In this document: positions 11,848 to 24,631 of the stretch, piece after piece
How positions within the stretch are numbered: the stretch's first letter is position 1
How the letters are laid out: the number at the start of each line of letters is the position of its first letter
From: Octopus sinensis
Lineage: Eukaryota
Direction: 5' to 3'
Length of the DNA stretch: 64,000 nucleotides
Assembly: GCF_006345805.1 (NCBI RefSeq)
Contig: NC_043009.1
Location: 60,698,001 to 60,762,000 of the forward strand
Notes under the pieces: generated by a model
Told to the model about the DNA's origin: nothing
The model's input: the letters and a program-made list of their open reading frames with translations, nothing else
Databases searched by the model: none
Translations under genes and position numbers: made by a program

Positions 11848-12851
11848 ATATGAAGACACGTGGCTAAGTGGTTCAGGTATTCGGCAAAAGATCACAAGGT
11901 TATGAGTTCAACTCCCAGCAGTGCACTATGTCCTTGAGCAAGACACTTTATTTTATGTTGCTTCAATCCACTCAACTGATGAAAATGATTTACATTATTT
12001 ACATTTGACGGATATTTGTCCTCATCTTATTAATAGTTATCGCCAAGCTAACATGGCAATTCAGGAAAATAGGACGAAAGCTGCCATTGATTATATCAGT
12101 CAAATGGCTGAAACAAATAAAAGAATTAAAGAATATATATATATAACTGTAAGTTTCAAGGATCAAGGTGTAGGAAGAAAGTGAGTTTCAAGCAATCTGT
12201 AGAAAATATTAAAAAATGCCTTTCAGGAGCAATAGTCAGTGGGGCAGAAGGTTGTAGATTTTTTCCATATTGAAAGACAATAAGCTGAAAAAAATTACAT
12301 TATATGTTATGGTTGGCAGGCAGGGTTGCTAGGTATGGGAATAAAAATCCAAGAGTTAAAGAATGGAATGGATACAATCCAGGTTACTTACGTTTGTTGT
12401 CAACAACAAACAAGATGAGGACAAATATCCGTCAAATGTAAATAATGCAAATAATGTAAATAATTCCTCATCTCTAAAATATAGAACTGTATTCATGGAT
12501 CTATTTAAAATCCTCCCCAAAATAATTATGTTCCACACAAAAGTCTCATAAACAAAATATTTCCATATTCCGGTACAAATGACAACACAAAAGTCTACTG
12601 GCCCATGCTCTATATTGAAACCAGAAACCACCTAATATATATATTTATATAAAGGAGGATAAGATCTTTATTTAAAATACTGATCATATCAAGTGGCTAG
12701 CATGGGAATAAAAACCTTATAGGTAATAATTGTTATTAGAATTATAATTAAAGGTATCTAAAAGATACCACCATGCTAGAGATAGCAGTCAAAACTTGAC
12801 TTTAAAACCACATCATGTATTCATACAGCACCAGAAGAAAAAATGGTGTAT

Positions 12852-13025
12852 AGGCGCAGGAGTGGCTGTGTGGTAAGTAGCTTGCTTACCAACCACATGA
12901 TTCCGGGTTCAGTCCCACTGCATGGCACATTGGGCAAGTGTCTTCTACTATAGCCTCGGGCCGACCAAAGCCTTGTGAGTGGATTTAGTAGACGGAAACT
13001 GAAAGAAGCCCGTCGTATATATGTA

Positions 13026-13067
<42 letters not shown>

Positions 13068-13310
13068 ATATATGTATGTATGTATGTGTATGTTTATAGT
13101 GTCTGTGTTTGTCCCCCCAATATCACTTAACAACCAATGCTGGTGTGTTTACGTCCCTGTAACTTAGCAGTTCAGCAAAAGAGACTGATAGAATAAGTAC
13201 TAGGCTTACAAAGAATAAGTCCTGAGGTCGATTTGCTCAACTAAAGGCGGTGCTCCAGCATGGCTGCAGTCAAATGACTGAAACAAGTAAAAGAGTAAAA
13301 GAGTAAAGAG
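12852..13310 (+). mobile_element. tRNA-derived SINE with internal (TA)n and (AGTAAAAG)n tail; copies at 30060-30700(-), 47405, 54290(-), 56076, 58500
   Basis: Head GGCGCAGGAGTGGCTGTGTGGTAAG...GGTTCAGTCCC, then TTGGGCAAGTGTCTTC, and tail TGACTGAAACAAGTAAAAGAG. Confidence 0.8.
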
Positions 13311-13366
13311 TATATATATATTTCTAATTATGTATTGTGTATATCCCACTGATGAGGTAGTGTATA

Positions 13367-14377
13367 CAGTGGAGGGAAATGAATATTCGTACATGTCAAA
13401 ATTCTTTATTTATTTAATTTCTAATGAACATAAATGGGACATACCAATAAATTATAGTATCTAATAATTATAGTAACTAAGGAATTTATATAATTATAGT
13501 AACTAAGGAATTTATATACAATTATAAATATTTAGAGGTGACAAAAGTATTTGTACAGAATAAATTTATGATTTTCTATGCCACAAAATACTGTTTAAGA
13601 TGAATTTTTTTTACTAGAACTTTCTCATTTGTTCCAATAATCTTATCAGTTGTCATTTTTAAGTGTCAAAACGCTAGCTTCTTCATTCAGCACTGAGACA
13701 ACATAAAGTAGTATTGTAATAATGGCGAAAAATAAAGAACTCACAAATTCAGTAAAAAACTTAATTATTGAACAGTGGAAAGCAGGTAAAAGTTACAGGA
13801 AAATATCAGAGTTCCATTTTCTACCATATCTTCATTTATTCAAAGATATAAAAAATCGGATACTGTTGAAAACAGAATAAGATCCGGTGCACCATGCAAG
13901 ATTTCCCCTAGATCTTTAAGAAAAATGAAGCAAAGAATCGAAAAAATGCAATGATCACCAGAAAGGAGTTGCAAGAAGATTTGTTAGCTTCAGGGACTAG
14001 TGTTACACTACGAACAATCAGCAATGAACTTCATAGGAATGAACTGAAGTCAAGCTCTCCTAGAAAAACTCCGCTGTTGATTAAAGGCATAGAGATGCCC
14101 ATTTAAAATTTGTTTATGAACATAAAGATAAATCTGATACATTCTGGAAAAATGTTCTATGGACAGACGAGTCGAAAATTGAATTGTTTGGACAAAATTC
14201 ACGTAGCCATGTTTGGAGGAAAGATGGTACCACCTATTCGCCGAAAAACACAATTCCTACCGTAAAGTTTGGAGGTGGCAACATCATGGTGTGGGGTGTG
14301 TTTCTCTGCAAATGGTACTGGCAATTTACACGTGATAGATGGTAAAATCAATGCAGACATGTACCAAAATATTTCGA
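13367..14377 (+). mobile_element. Tc1-family DNA transposon, 5' half with transposase pseudogene
   Basis: TA|CAGTGG terminus. From ATG 13722: MAKNKELTNSVKNLII..., RKTPLL, WKNVLWTDESKIELFG, PTVKFGGGNIMVWG. Frameshifted and truncated. Confidence 0.9.
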
Positions 14378-14454
14378 ACAAGAGTTAAAGAATGGAGTGG
14401 ATACAATCCAGGTTACTTGTGTTTCATAGTGAGTAGAACCTTGGAAATGGTAAA

Positions 14455-15022
14455 TATCGAAGTGAGGTGTATACCACAATCTACTCTTCAGGCCAAGGGT
14501 ATCTTGATTAAATGAAGTTTACTATGATGTTAGGAGGCCATGTTAACATACAGGGAATTCTAATGAAATCCTCCATATGTGAACATGGGTCTCCTAATGA
14601 CAATGCAAACTTCATTTAATCAAGGAATCTTTGGCCTGAAGAATAGCCTGCAGAAAAAACCTCACTTGGATATTTACCACTTCCGAAGTTCCGCTCACTA
14701 TGAAATATGTGTAGCACAGATCTTATCTACTCCATTAACTCTTGGATTTGTGTGTGTATACATATGTATACATACCAGCCACCTGTGTCATCAAAGATTA
14801 GATCAGTCTTATTAACGGTATTAGTGATAAAGAATGTGACATCTGTTGAGTACAGTGTGAGAAATCCTTTATACACAGTATTGATGAGGGTGAAATATTG
14901 GATTTGTTTTTTTATGGCTGAAACGTTTTGTAGCAAATCATTTCATTCAAAAAGTCAATGTATGTATGCCTGTGTACTTGTCTATGTGTGTGTGTGTATG
15001 CATAAATATTTGTGTATGTATG

Positions 15023-15089
<67 letters not shown>

Positions 15090-15246
15090 TTACATATACT
15101 TATATATATATGAACAGCTGGTAATGATGTGTTAAAACAATTGTAGTGACATGTCCCACTATATGATAGCACCTGGTACCCAATATTGAAAGAAGAGCTT
15201 GGAAATCACAGTATAAGTTTTTTTTTCTTATCCAAATTATTTCAGC

Positions 15247-15247
<1 letters not shown>
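14455..15247 (+). repeat. Direct duplication, copy 1 (copy 2 at 17960-19006)
   Basis: AAGTGAGGTGTATACC...CTTATCCAAATTATT occurs twice, with scattered substitutions and different internal microsatellite length. Confidence 0.95.
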
Positions 15248-15280
<33 letters not shown>

Positions 15281-15347
15281 TCATCATCATTTAATGTCCT
15301 TCCATGCTGACATGGGTTGGATGGTTTGACATATACTCACATATATT

Positions 15348-15540
15348 TAATTATAATTAAGGGTACCAAAGAGGTTCCACCATGCCAGAAATAGTAGTCA
15401 AAACTGACTCTGAAACCACTTCATGTATTCATTTATCTTTTCTCCTGTGCTATATGAATACATGATGTAGTTTTAGAATCAGTTTTGACTGCTATTTCTG
15501 GCATGGTAGTACTTCTTTGGTACCCTTAATTATAATTATA
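15348..15540. repeat. Diverged fold-back (~85-bp arms); single-arm relative at ~12740-12825
   Basis: AATTATAATTAAGGGTACCAAAG... pairs with ...CTTTGGTACCCTTAATTATAATT. Confidence 0.8.
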
Positions 15541-15761
15541 TTATTATATCACGTGATCACATGACCGACCAGACCATCAGATGTTGTTACACATCGCTGG
15601 TCACAATGCGTTTGCATTGTTTTAGCCTTCGAATGACGCTACCCCACAATCCTATGACCGCAAGTCCACTGCCCTAACCACTAGGCCATTGCGCCTCCAC
15701 ATATTATTATATATATATGATAATCATTACCTATATGGTTGTTTTCCTTTTACCTTCGTCA

Positions 15762-15836
15762 AAGAAATACATGGGCCTTGCAGAAGTTAATTTCAAGGCC
15801 AGATTCAATAATCACACCTTGAGCTTCAGACACTGA
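15762..15836 (+). pseudogene. Penelope-like element GIY-YIG endonuclease fragment
   Basis: Translates to KKYMGLAEVNFKARFNNHTLSFRH*, matching the YIG-x-FK-x-R-x-NNH-x-SFR pattern of Neptune-type Penelope-like elements. Confidence 0.7.
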
Positions 15837-16341
15837 TATATATATATATATATATATACGTGTGTGTGTGTGTGTGTGTGCATATGGGTATATGCATATA
15901 TAGACGTATTTTACTCATATTGCTTATTTTTTATACTTCTTTACAGATTTTTCTGTATTTTGCTTTTAGCCCTGTTTTTTTCTTGTGCATGTGCGTATAC
16001 GGACGTGTGCATGAGCCTTTTTTGTGCGCGTGTGAGTGTGAGCGTGTATGCAGGTATGTATATATTTTATTTGATGAATGTGTAGGTGACCATGTGTGTG
16101 TTTCAAGTGAGGATGGATGAGTATATACTTATAGACGCATGTATGTGGGTGTGCGGATGCACGTGTATGTGTATGGACATGCGTGCTTACGCGAATACTA
16201 TGAACATTTTTACTCCCTTACCTTTACTCCCTCCCCTCACTTAGCGGTCATTCTAATAGCTCTTTGTCTTAATATCGGTCAATCACACTGTAATTTCCCT
16301 TTGTTTAACGGTCATTTACATAGCATTTTTTCCGATGGCCG

Positions 16342-16402
16342 GATAACTGAAGAGATGGCGGCATGGATTTCCACCCAAACATCCAAAACTCGGAGTTTTA
16401 TC
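16342..16402 (+). ncRNA. Decayed hammerhead-like motif, diverged relative of family A
   Basis: gataa CTGAAGA gatg...catc c AAAA ctc g gag TT ttatc. Confidence 0.55.
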
Positions 16403-16571
16403 ATTGCTACCGAATAATTGCCACATATTATATTTACAGATATATATACTTGGTATAATTATATTTTATAATTATATTTATAAAATTATATGTTTTGTTT
16501 TAATTTTTACCTTAATTGGTTTTTACATGATAACTTTGATAAATCCTAGAGATTTTATCCCCTGGTTATAA

Positions 16572-16634
<63 letters not shown>

Positions 16635-16638
16635 TATA

Positions 16639-16910
16639 TTGATAAAACGGTAAGATAACAAAAGAAAGAAAGAGACCTCAATATTATGTAAATAGAGGAA
16701 ATTTATCTATAAAATAATATGTTACATTACTCGATAGTCAAGATAAAACTCTGAGTTTCAGATGCCGAAGTGGAAATCCACAACACCATCTCTTCGGTGT
16801 TAGAAATAGCCAGATAACCGAAGAGATGGTGTTGTGGATTTCCACTTCGGCATCTGAAACTCAGAGTTTTATCTTGACTATCGAGTAATGTAACATATTA
16901 TTGTATAGAT
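16639..16910. mobile_element. Fold-back family A, second copy (tail on left)
   Basis: Reverse-complement match to 3229-3537 with a different centre; (TA)n flanks. Confidence 0.85.
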
Positions 16911-16920
16911 ATATATATAA

Positions 16921-17955
16921 ATAGATGAGTGTATTTTTACCTTGTTAACAATTAACACAGAAAAAATAAATAAATAGTTACCAGGGTAGCAAAAATCTCA
17001 CAAGTAAAGATGTTGTAACTCCTTGTTTATAAAGGTAGAAACTTCGTGTTTACGTTGAATATTTTGAATAATATATGAATAAATAAATGGAGTTTAAAGC
17101 AGGTGTAATCAAATATTTTACTTTCGACACATGTTTTGAAAATTCCACTGATACTATTCAAAAGAATAAATGGTATAAACAATGCAATCTTCTCCTCAGG
17201 AAAGTGTAAAAAGCGAAACTCATCAATAAGACATTTTAGCAAAAAATGATGGATTTGTATAGCGATAGACAGAACGCTATTAATATTGTTTAAAAAAAAC
17301 GTTATATGATATAACGTCATAAGTAGCTAACAGAAAGAGTTGGGATACCAATAGTGAATGTTAAATATAAAGGAAATTAAAGTTTAAATTATATATAATG
17401 ATAGAGACTATTTATATGCACTAAATGTATGTTTTTGTCAATGCTTACATCTGTATGCTCGTTCTATAACCGTGTTTACTAGAGTATTTTTAGAAAAAAT
17501 AATGAAAAATAGCTCAGAATTGCAGAGAAGACAGAATTCCTTGCCTTTGTCATATGGTATCAAAATTGAGAGAATCAACCATTCTAAATGAAATTGTTCA
17601 TTTAGTGCATATAAGTAGTCTCTATCATTATATATAATTTAAACTTTAATTTCCTTTATATTTAACATTCACTATTAATATCCCTACTCGTTCTGTTAGC
17701 TACTTATGACGTTATATCATATAACGTTTTTTTAAACAATATTAATAGCGTTCTGTCTATCGCTATACAAATCCATCATTTTTTGCTAAAATGTCTTATT
17801 GATGAGTTTCGCTTTTTACACTTTCCTGAGGAGAAGATTGCATTGTTTATACCATTTATTCTTTTGAATAGTATCAGTGGAATTTTCAAAACATGTGTCG
17901 AAAGTAAAAATATTTGATTACACCTGCGTTAAACTCCATTTATTTATTCATATAT
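16921..17955. mobile_element. Large fold-back (~350-bp arms, ~170-bp spacer) with hammerhead motif and Penelope-like ORF end
   Basis: Arms ~17080-17428 and ~17599-17955. Hammerhead at 17820-17905: actttc CTGAGGA gaagatt...aattttc AAAA catgtg TC gaaagt. The spacer minus strand reads LVNTVIERAYRCKH*QKHTFSAYK*. Confidence 0.75.
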
Positions 17956-17959
17956 ATAT

Positions 17960-18587
17960 TATCCAAGTGAGGTGTATACCATAAATCTACTCTTCAGGCC
18001 AAGGGTATCTTGATTGAATGAAGTTTACTATGATGTTAGGAGGCCATGTTAACATACAGGGAATTCTAATGAAATCCTCCATGTGTGAACATGGGTCTCC
18101 TAATGACAATGCAAACTTCATTTAATCAAGGAATCTTTGGCCTGAAGAATAGCCTGCAGAAAAAACCTCACTTGGATATTTACCCCTTCCAAAGTTCCGC
18201 TCACACTATGAAATAAGTGTAGCACAGATCTTATCTACTCCATTAACTCTTGGATTTGTGTGTGTATACGTATGTATACATACCAGCCACCTGTGTCATC
18301 AAAGATTAGATCAGTTTTATTAACGGAATTAGTGATAAAGAATGTGACATCTGTTGAGTAGAGCATGAGAAATCCTTTATACACCGTATTGATAAGGGTG
18401 AAATATTGGATTTGTTTTTTTATGGCTGAAACATTTTGTAGCAAATCATTTCATGCAAAAAGTCAATGTATGTATGCCTGTGTACTTGTCTATGTGTGTG
18501 AATATGTGTGCGTGTGTGTGTGCATGTGTGTGTGTATGCAGAATATTGTGTGTATGTATATATGCATATATATATATATGTATATAT

Positions 18588-18641
<54 letters not shown>

Positions 18642-18652
18642 TATATACATAC

Positions 18653-18687
<35 letters not shown>

Positions 18688-18712
18688 GATATATTATATA
18701 TATATTATATAT

Positions 18713-18778
<66 letters not shown>

Positions 18779-18779
18779 T

Positions 18780-18864
<85 letters not shown>

Positions 18865-19006
18865 TTATGAACAGCTGGTAATGATGTGTTAAAACAATTG
18901 TAGTGACATGTCCCACTATATGATAGCACCTGGTACCCAATATTGAAAAGAGGAGCTTGGAAATCACACTATAAGTTTTTTTTTTCTTATCCAAATTATT
19001 TTAGCA
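17960..19006 (+). repeat. Direct duplication, copy 2
   Basis: Matches 14455-15247; the internal (TA)n is expanded to ~370 bp. Confidence 0.95.
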
Positions 19007-19511
19007 CATATCATTCCTGTGGTTTGTGGTTGTCCATTTTATGCCAGCTTCCATTGTAACAGCCAAGAAATTTACAACTTTTCAAGAACAAAAAGTGATT
19101 ATACTGAAGGAGACAGGTGCATTAAATCCAAGCTTAAGGAGGTGATGGCAAGTGACCAAGACCTTTGATGATATACCGTGCTTGAGAAGATTCACGAAGC
19201 CAAGTAAAATCATAGTCATAACGTAACTGGCACCCATGCTGGTGGAACATAAACAGCACCCATTACACTCTTGGAGTGGTTGGCATTAACAAGGGCATCC
19301 AGCCGTAGAAACCATGCCAAATCAGACTGGAACTTGGTGCAGCTCTCAATCTTACCAGTTCCAGTCAAACTGTCTAACCCATGCCAGCATGGCAAGCAGA
19401 TGCTAAAAGATGGTGATGATGATGATAAATCTGTTTGCACTATTAATTAAAGCTAGAAATATGAAAAAACTTTCGAGACAACCCGGTATATTATAATTGT
19501 ATTTATATCTA

Positions 19512-19633
<122 letters not shown>

Positions 19634-20378
19634 ACATACTTATCTACATGGCCGAAACAGCTGTAAGATGTAATCTATACTTATATTTATATTTACTTAT
19701 ATTTATATTCTCTTTTATATATATTCTACTTATTATCAACATTACTCTTTTATGTACACTGATTTGTTCTGCTTTTTATATTTAACCCTACAGCCTCTTA
19801 TGTGGTGGTTTAATAAAGTATGTGATTGAGTATTATCTGGTAGTGATATTTGATTTAGATGTATTTCTTTTCATTTCTTTATTTTCTTATCTTGTATATC
19901 TATATATATATATATATTTTTACACATATACACAAATGTTTATATATATATATAATTATATATATATTATACACATATACACAAATGTTTATACAATGGG
20001 CTTCGTTCAGTTTCTGTCTTCTGTTTTTTTTTAAATATTTGTTTTGAAAACTTTTTTGAAATATGAAATGAGAGTTTGGAGTAAGCACTTCTTACCCTGA
20101 AGTTCTTTTCTTAAAAACCTTCTGGAACAACAACATGGCAAACAGCTGCAACGGGCTCGCATTTTTGGTTTCCTTTCTGGTTCTTGTGATAAATATCATA
20201 AACGACTTAAACTCCAGGCAAAGCAAGTCATGAACTGTGTTGTTATTCAAGTGACACTTTTCGAGTAATACTTTAATAATGACATCAAAAACAATGAGTG
20301 TGTCTAGGTGTGTTCATTCTGCATGTGCCTGTGCAGATGCAACATATACACTATGCACATATGCATACACACACACCA

Positions 20379-20411
<33 letters not shown>

Positions 20412-20967
20412 CATCATGCACAAAGCTTTTAAATGAAAGAGCGTAAGGATTTTCTTCAAACTTTCATTTTGGATTTCAAAAATATTCAAAAGAAAAGCAG
20501 GCTTGGTTTGGTTTACCAGTTGGGGATTGGAAATGAATCGTTCTAAGGACTGGAAATTAGACCCTTTTTGTAATCTCTCTATATATATAAAGCTGAAGTT
20601 GTCTGTGTATGGCAGGTTTGGTAGTCTCGTTAACAGGGACAAAACCCGGATTTAAAACACCGGATGATGATGATGATGATGATGTGCCAAAATATGAAAA
20701 CAATGATACTCTTGGTTGAGCTGGGTAATATCGCAGGCTGATTCAGCTCTTATCTGGATGTGAATGGTTGGTGTTGAGCTTGTTTAAACCAAATGGTCCC
20801 AACCATTTTTTTCAACCTATGGACCCTTTTTCATTCTATTTTACTTAGGTGGACCATCACAGCCAATCCACGTTTAAAAAATCCTATTATGTTTTATAAT
20901 TAAATATTGTTAGTCAAACAATCAAAAACAAACAAGGCACATGCACAAAATTAAAAAATTTTAAAAG

Positions 20968-21067
20968 NNNNNNNNNNNNNNNNNNNNNNNNNNNNNNNNN
21001 NNNNNNNNNNNNNNNNNNNNNNNNNNNNNNNNNNNNNNNNNNNNNNNNNNNNNNNNNNNNNNNNNNN
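20968..21067. other. Assembly gap (100 N) with ~970-bp overlap duplicated on both sides
   Basis: 19995-20967 is approximately equal to 21068-22050, and the differences are mostly homopolymer indels. Confidence 0.95.
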
Positions 21068-21450
21068 CAATGGGCTTCGTTCAGTTTCTGTCTTCTGTTT
21101 TTTTTTTTTAATATTTGTTTTGAAAACTTTTTTGAAATATGAAATGAGAGTTTGGAGGAAGCACTTCTTACCCTGAAGTTTCTTTTCTTTAAAAACCTTC
21201 TGTGAACAACAACATGTGCAAAACAGCTGCAACGGGCTCGCATTTTTGGTTTCCTTTCTGGTTCTTGTGATAAATATCATAAACGACTTAAACTCCAGGC
21301 AAAGCCAAGTCATGAACTTGTGTTGTTATTCAAGTGACACTTTTCGAGTAATACTTTTAATTAATGACATCAAAAACAATGAGTGTGTCTAGGTGTGTTC
21401 ATTCTGCATGTGCCTGTGCAGATGCATACATATACACTTATGCACATATG

Positions 21451-21492
<42 letters not shown>

Positions 21493-22170
21493 CATCATGC
21501 ACAAAAGCTTTTAAATGAAAGAGCGTAAGGATTTTCTTCAAACTTTCATTTTGGATTTCAAAAATATTCAAAAGAAAAGACAGCTTGGTTTGGTTTACCA
21601 GTTTGGGGATGGAAAATGAATCGTTCTAAGGACTGGATTAGACCTTTTTGTAATCTCTCTATATATAAAGCTGAAGTTGTCTGTGTATGGCGGTTTTGTA
21701 GTCTCGTTAACAGGACAAAACCCGGATTTAAAACACCCGGATGATGATGATGATGATGATGTGCCCAATATGAAAACAAACATGATACTCTTTGGTTGAG
21801 CTGGGGTAATATCGCAGGCTGATTCAGCTCTTATCTGGATGTGAATGGTATTGTTTGTTGAGCTTGTTTAAACAAATGGTTCCCAACCATTTTTTTCACC
21901 TATGGACCCTTTTCATTCCTATTTTACTTAGGTGGACCATCACAGCCAATCCACGTTTAAAAAATCCTATTATGTTTTTATAATTAAATATTGTTAGTCA
22001 AACAATCAAAAACAAACAAGGCACATGCACAAAATTAAAAATTTTAAAAGGTGACAATTTTACCCATTGCACCCTGTATATATATATCACATCTATTTTC
22101 TTTCCTCCACCTCACTCTCTATTTTGTATCCTATCTAAATTAACTATTACTTAACCATCCTCTCACACCA

Positions 22171-22220
22171 TCTCTGACAAAGGGATATAATTAATAAATA
22201 TCCTGGAAACACCTGTAAGA
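22171..22220 (+). ncRNA. Decayed minimal hammerhead motif
   Basis: tct CTGACAA a gggata...tatcct g GAAA cacctg TA aga. A related 3' half (GAAA cagctg TA aga) occurs at 19654. Confidence 0.55.
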
Positions 22221-22345
22221 CCTTATATCTATAAATGTTCTAATATTTACACAGCCTTGGTTTTTTTATCTCATTATGCACAAAATTTTTTATATAGACA
22301 CACACACACACACATAACATATATATATAATTATTATATATATAT

Positions 22346-22379
<34 letters not shown>

Positions 22380-22509
22380 ATATATATGATATATATTAAC
22401 ACATATATATATATACACATATATAATATATATTACACATAATATATATATATATATACATACATACATATATATATATATGTATGTATGTATGTATGTT
22501 TCATCCTGC

Positions 22510-23100
22510 AGGGTGTCTGGTAAACACCCTCCTCACCAAGCAGGCTTGGTGGGGTTGCCGGTTTAGTCGCTGACGGACTGACCATGCAGCAGGTTGTACT
22601 GGGTTACACGTTACCAGTAGCACTCCAAAGTGACCTGACATAAACCTGTCTAAGGGTGGAGGAACTCTTGAGAGTCAACGGCCATCCAATAAATGTGTAA
22701 TTTTTTTTTTCTTTCTTAAGGCTTAAGGCTGTATCATGCACGGGGACATAGAAATAATCGGACTGAATACCCGATCGCGCGGTTAAACTATTGGGAGTGA
22801 AGGACACCTAACCTTTGATAGAGCATCTTTCTAGGAGAAGGTAACTCAGGTAATTGGGATAACTCCGACATAAAACCTGCGGCTCAGTGGTTACCGATGA
22901 TGTTGACTTGTTCTTCTCTTCAGATTATGGCTGCTGTTACTTAGTGAGTGGGATTGACTCAGTGCACAGCCTTTCCTCACTTAAAAAAAAATCTTCTTGC
23001 ACAGGCATTGCACAATAACAACATTGTTCATGATTGTTGATGGTGCTGTGAGTCTCAACTGAATGGCAACTGAAAAGCAAATAAAATTCACATTCGATCA
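22510..23100 (+). mobile_element. Probable RTE 5'UTR-derived repeat
   Basis: Higher-GC block containing CTAGGAGAAGGTAACTC...AAACC, reminiscent of RTE 5'UTRs; no ORF. Confidence 0.35.
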
Positions 23101-23229
23101 CCGCACCAATAACTGTTGAGCTTCGTGCAATGGCATACTCGATAGCAAGGGGCAGCCATCATGTAGTATGGTGATGCCCCAGCATGGGCACAGCCTTAGG
23201 GCTGAACATATAAAAGAATAAAAGAATAT

Positions 23230-23283
<54 letters not shown>

Positions 23284-23385
23284 GCGGTGCTCCAGCATGG
23301 CCACAGTCAAATGACTGAAACAAGTAAAAGAGTAAAAGAGTATATAAATGAGAAATATTAAATTTCTAAATATCTCATAGAGATA

Positions 23386-23650
23386 TGTACGGTGGTGGGA
23401 CGATAGAATGGTTGTATACTGTCAATTTAACGTGACAGTAGGGGATTACACCACCACTGTTTAGCCCTAGGAAGCATCGACGCCTCGTGATGGCTTCGAC
23501 ACACATTTTTTCCTGTGTCCTTAAATAATATATAAGGACACAGGAAAAAATGTGTCGAGCCATCAGGAGGCATCAATGCTTCCTAGTGCTAAACAGCGGT
23601 GGTGTAATCCCCTTCTGTCACATTAAATTGACAGTATACAACCATTCTAT
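23386..23650. repeat. Fold-back (~120-bp arms) ending in (TA)n, no clear ribozyme
   Basis: ATAGAATGGTTGTATACTGTCAATTTAA...CCTGTGTCCTTA pairs with TAAGGACACAGG...TTAAATTGACAGTATACAACCATTCTAT. Confidence 0.85.
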
Positions 23651-24453
23651 ATATAAATGTATATATGTATATATCTATGTGTGTGTGTGTGTCTTTGTGT
23701 CTGTATTTGTTTCCCCCCACACCCCACACCACCATCACTTGACAACAGACATTGATTTGTTTATGTCCCTTATCTTGGTTGTTTGGTAAAAGAGAGACAG
23801 ACAAAGGACCCAGGATTGAACGAACAATAAGGACTGGGATCGAATTGTTTGACTAAAACACTTGAAGGTGGACCGTTGCCCCAGCATGGCCGCAGCCCAG
23901 TGTCTGAAGCAAGAGAAAAATATTGTATGGGATTGTGGGATGGTGAGAGACGGTGCTGGGGGGTGGTTTCTTGGTTTTCTTTTATTTCCTTTTCTTTATT
24001 ATTATTTTTTTTTGTCCTTTATGAAATTAAGCAAATAAAGTAAATAATCATTTAGTAAGTAAATAAACCACATGTTCTGCCTACATGAATAAAACATCAA
24101 TAAAACACACTTCCTCCTAAATAATCAATAGCAACAGCAAAACAAGTTTGTGTGTCATCAGTGATCCATCTGCATCACTCCATCCATCCATCCGTCAGTC
24201 CATCGCTTTATCTCCCTCTCCCCCTCCCTCTCTCTCCCTCTCTCCTCCTCTCTCTTCCTATCTCTATCTCCTTCCCTATATATAAATGGACATATATGTA
24301 CGAATGTATGTATGTATCATGCATGCAAGTATGTATGTATGTATGTATGTATGTGTATGTATGTATGTATGTAATGTATGTATGTATGTATGTATGTATG
24401 TGTGTATGTATGTATGCATGCGGTATGTATGTATGTACGTATGTGTGTATATA

Positions 24454-24513
<60 letters not shown>

Positions 24514-24596
24514 TTCCAAACAAGAAAGCACAAAAAAACACAACGCGAGGACGTGGAACAAATATAGTATTATTGGACGCTCAGGAAAGAAGGAGG

Positions 24597-24631
24597 GTTT
24601 AACGTTTCGAGCAGAGCTCTTCGTCGGAAAC
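24597..24631 (-). ncRNA. Minimal hammerhead motif
   Basis: Minus strand: gttt CCGACGA a gagc-tct-gctc GAAA cg TT aaac. Confidence 0.65.

Noticed and set aside
12852-12925. tRNA genes at SINE heads
   Set aside because: A/B boxes are present, but there is no complete cloverleaf and each head is joined to a repeat body.
19995-22050. ~970-bp tandem duplication
   Set aside because: It straddles a 100-N gap and differs mainly by homopolymer indels, so it is most likely an unmerged contig overlap.
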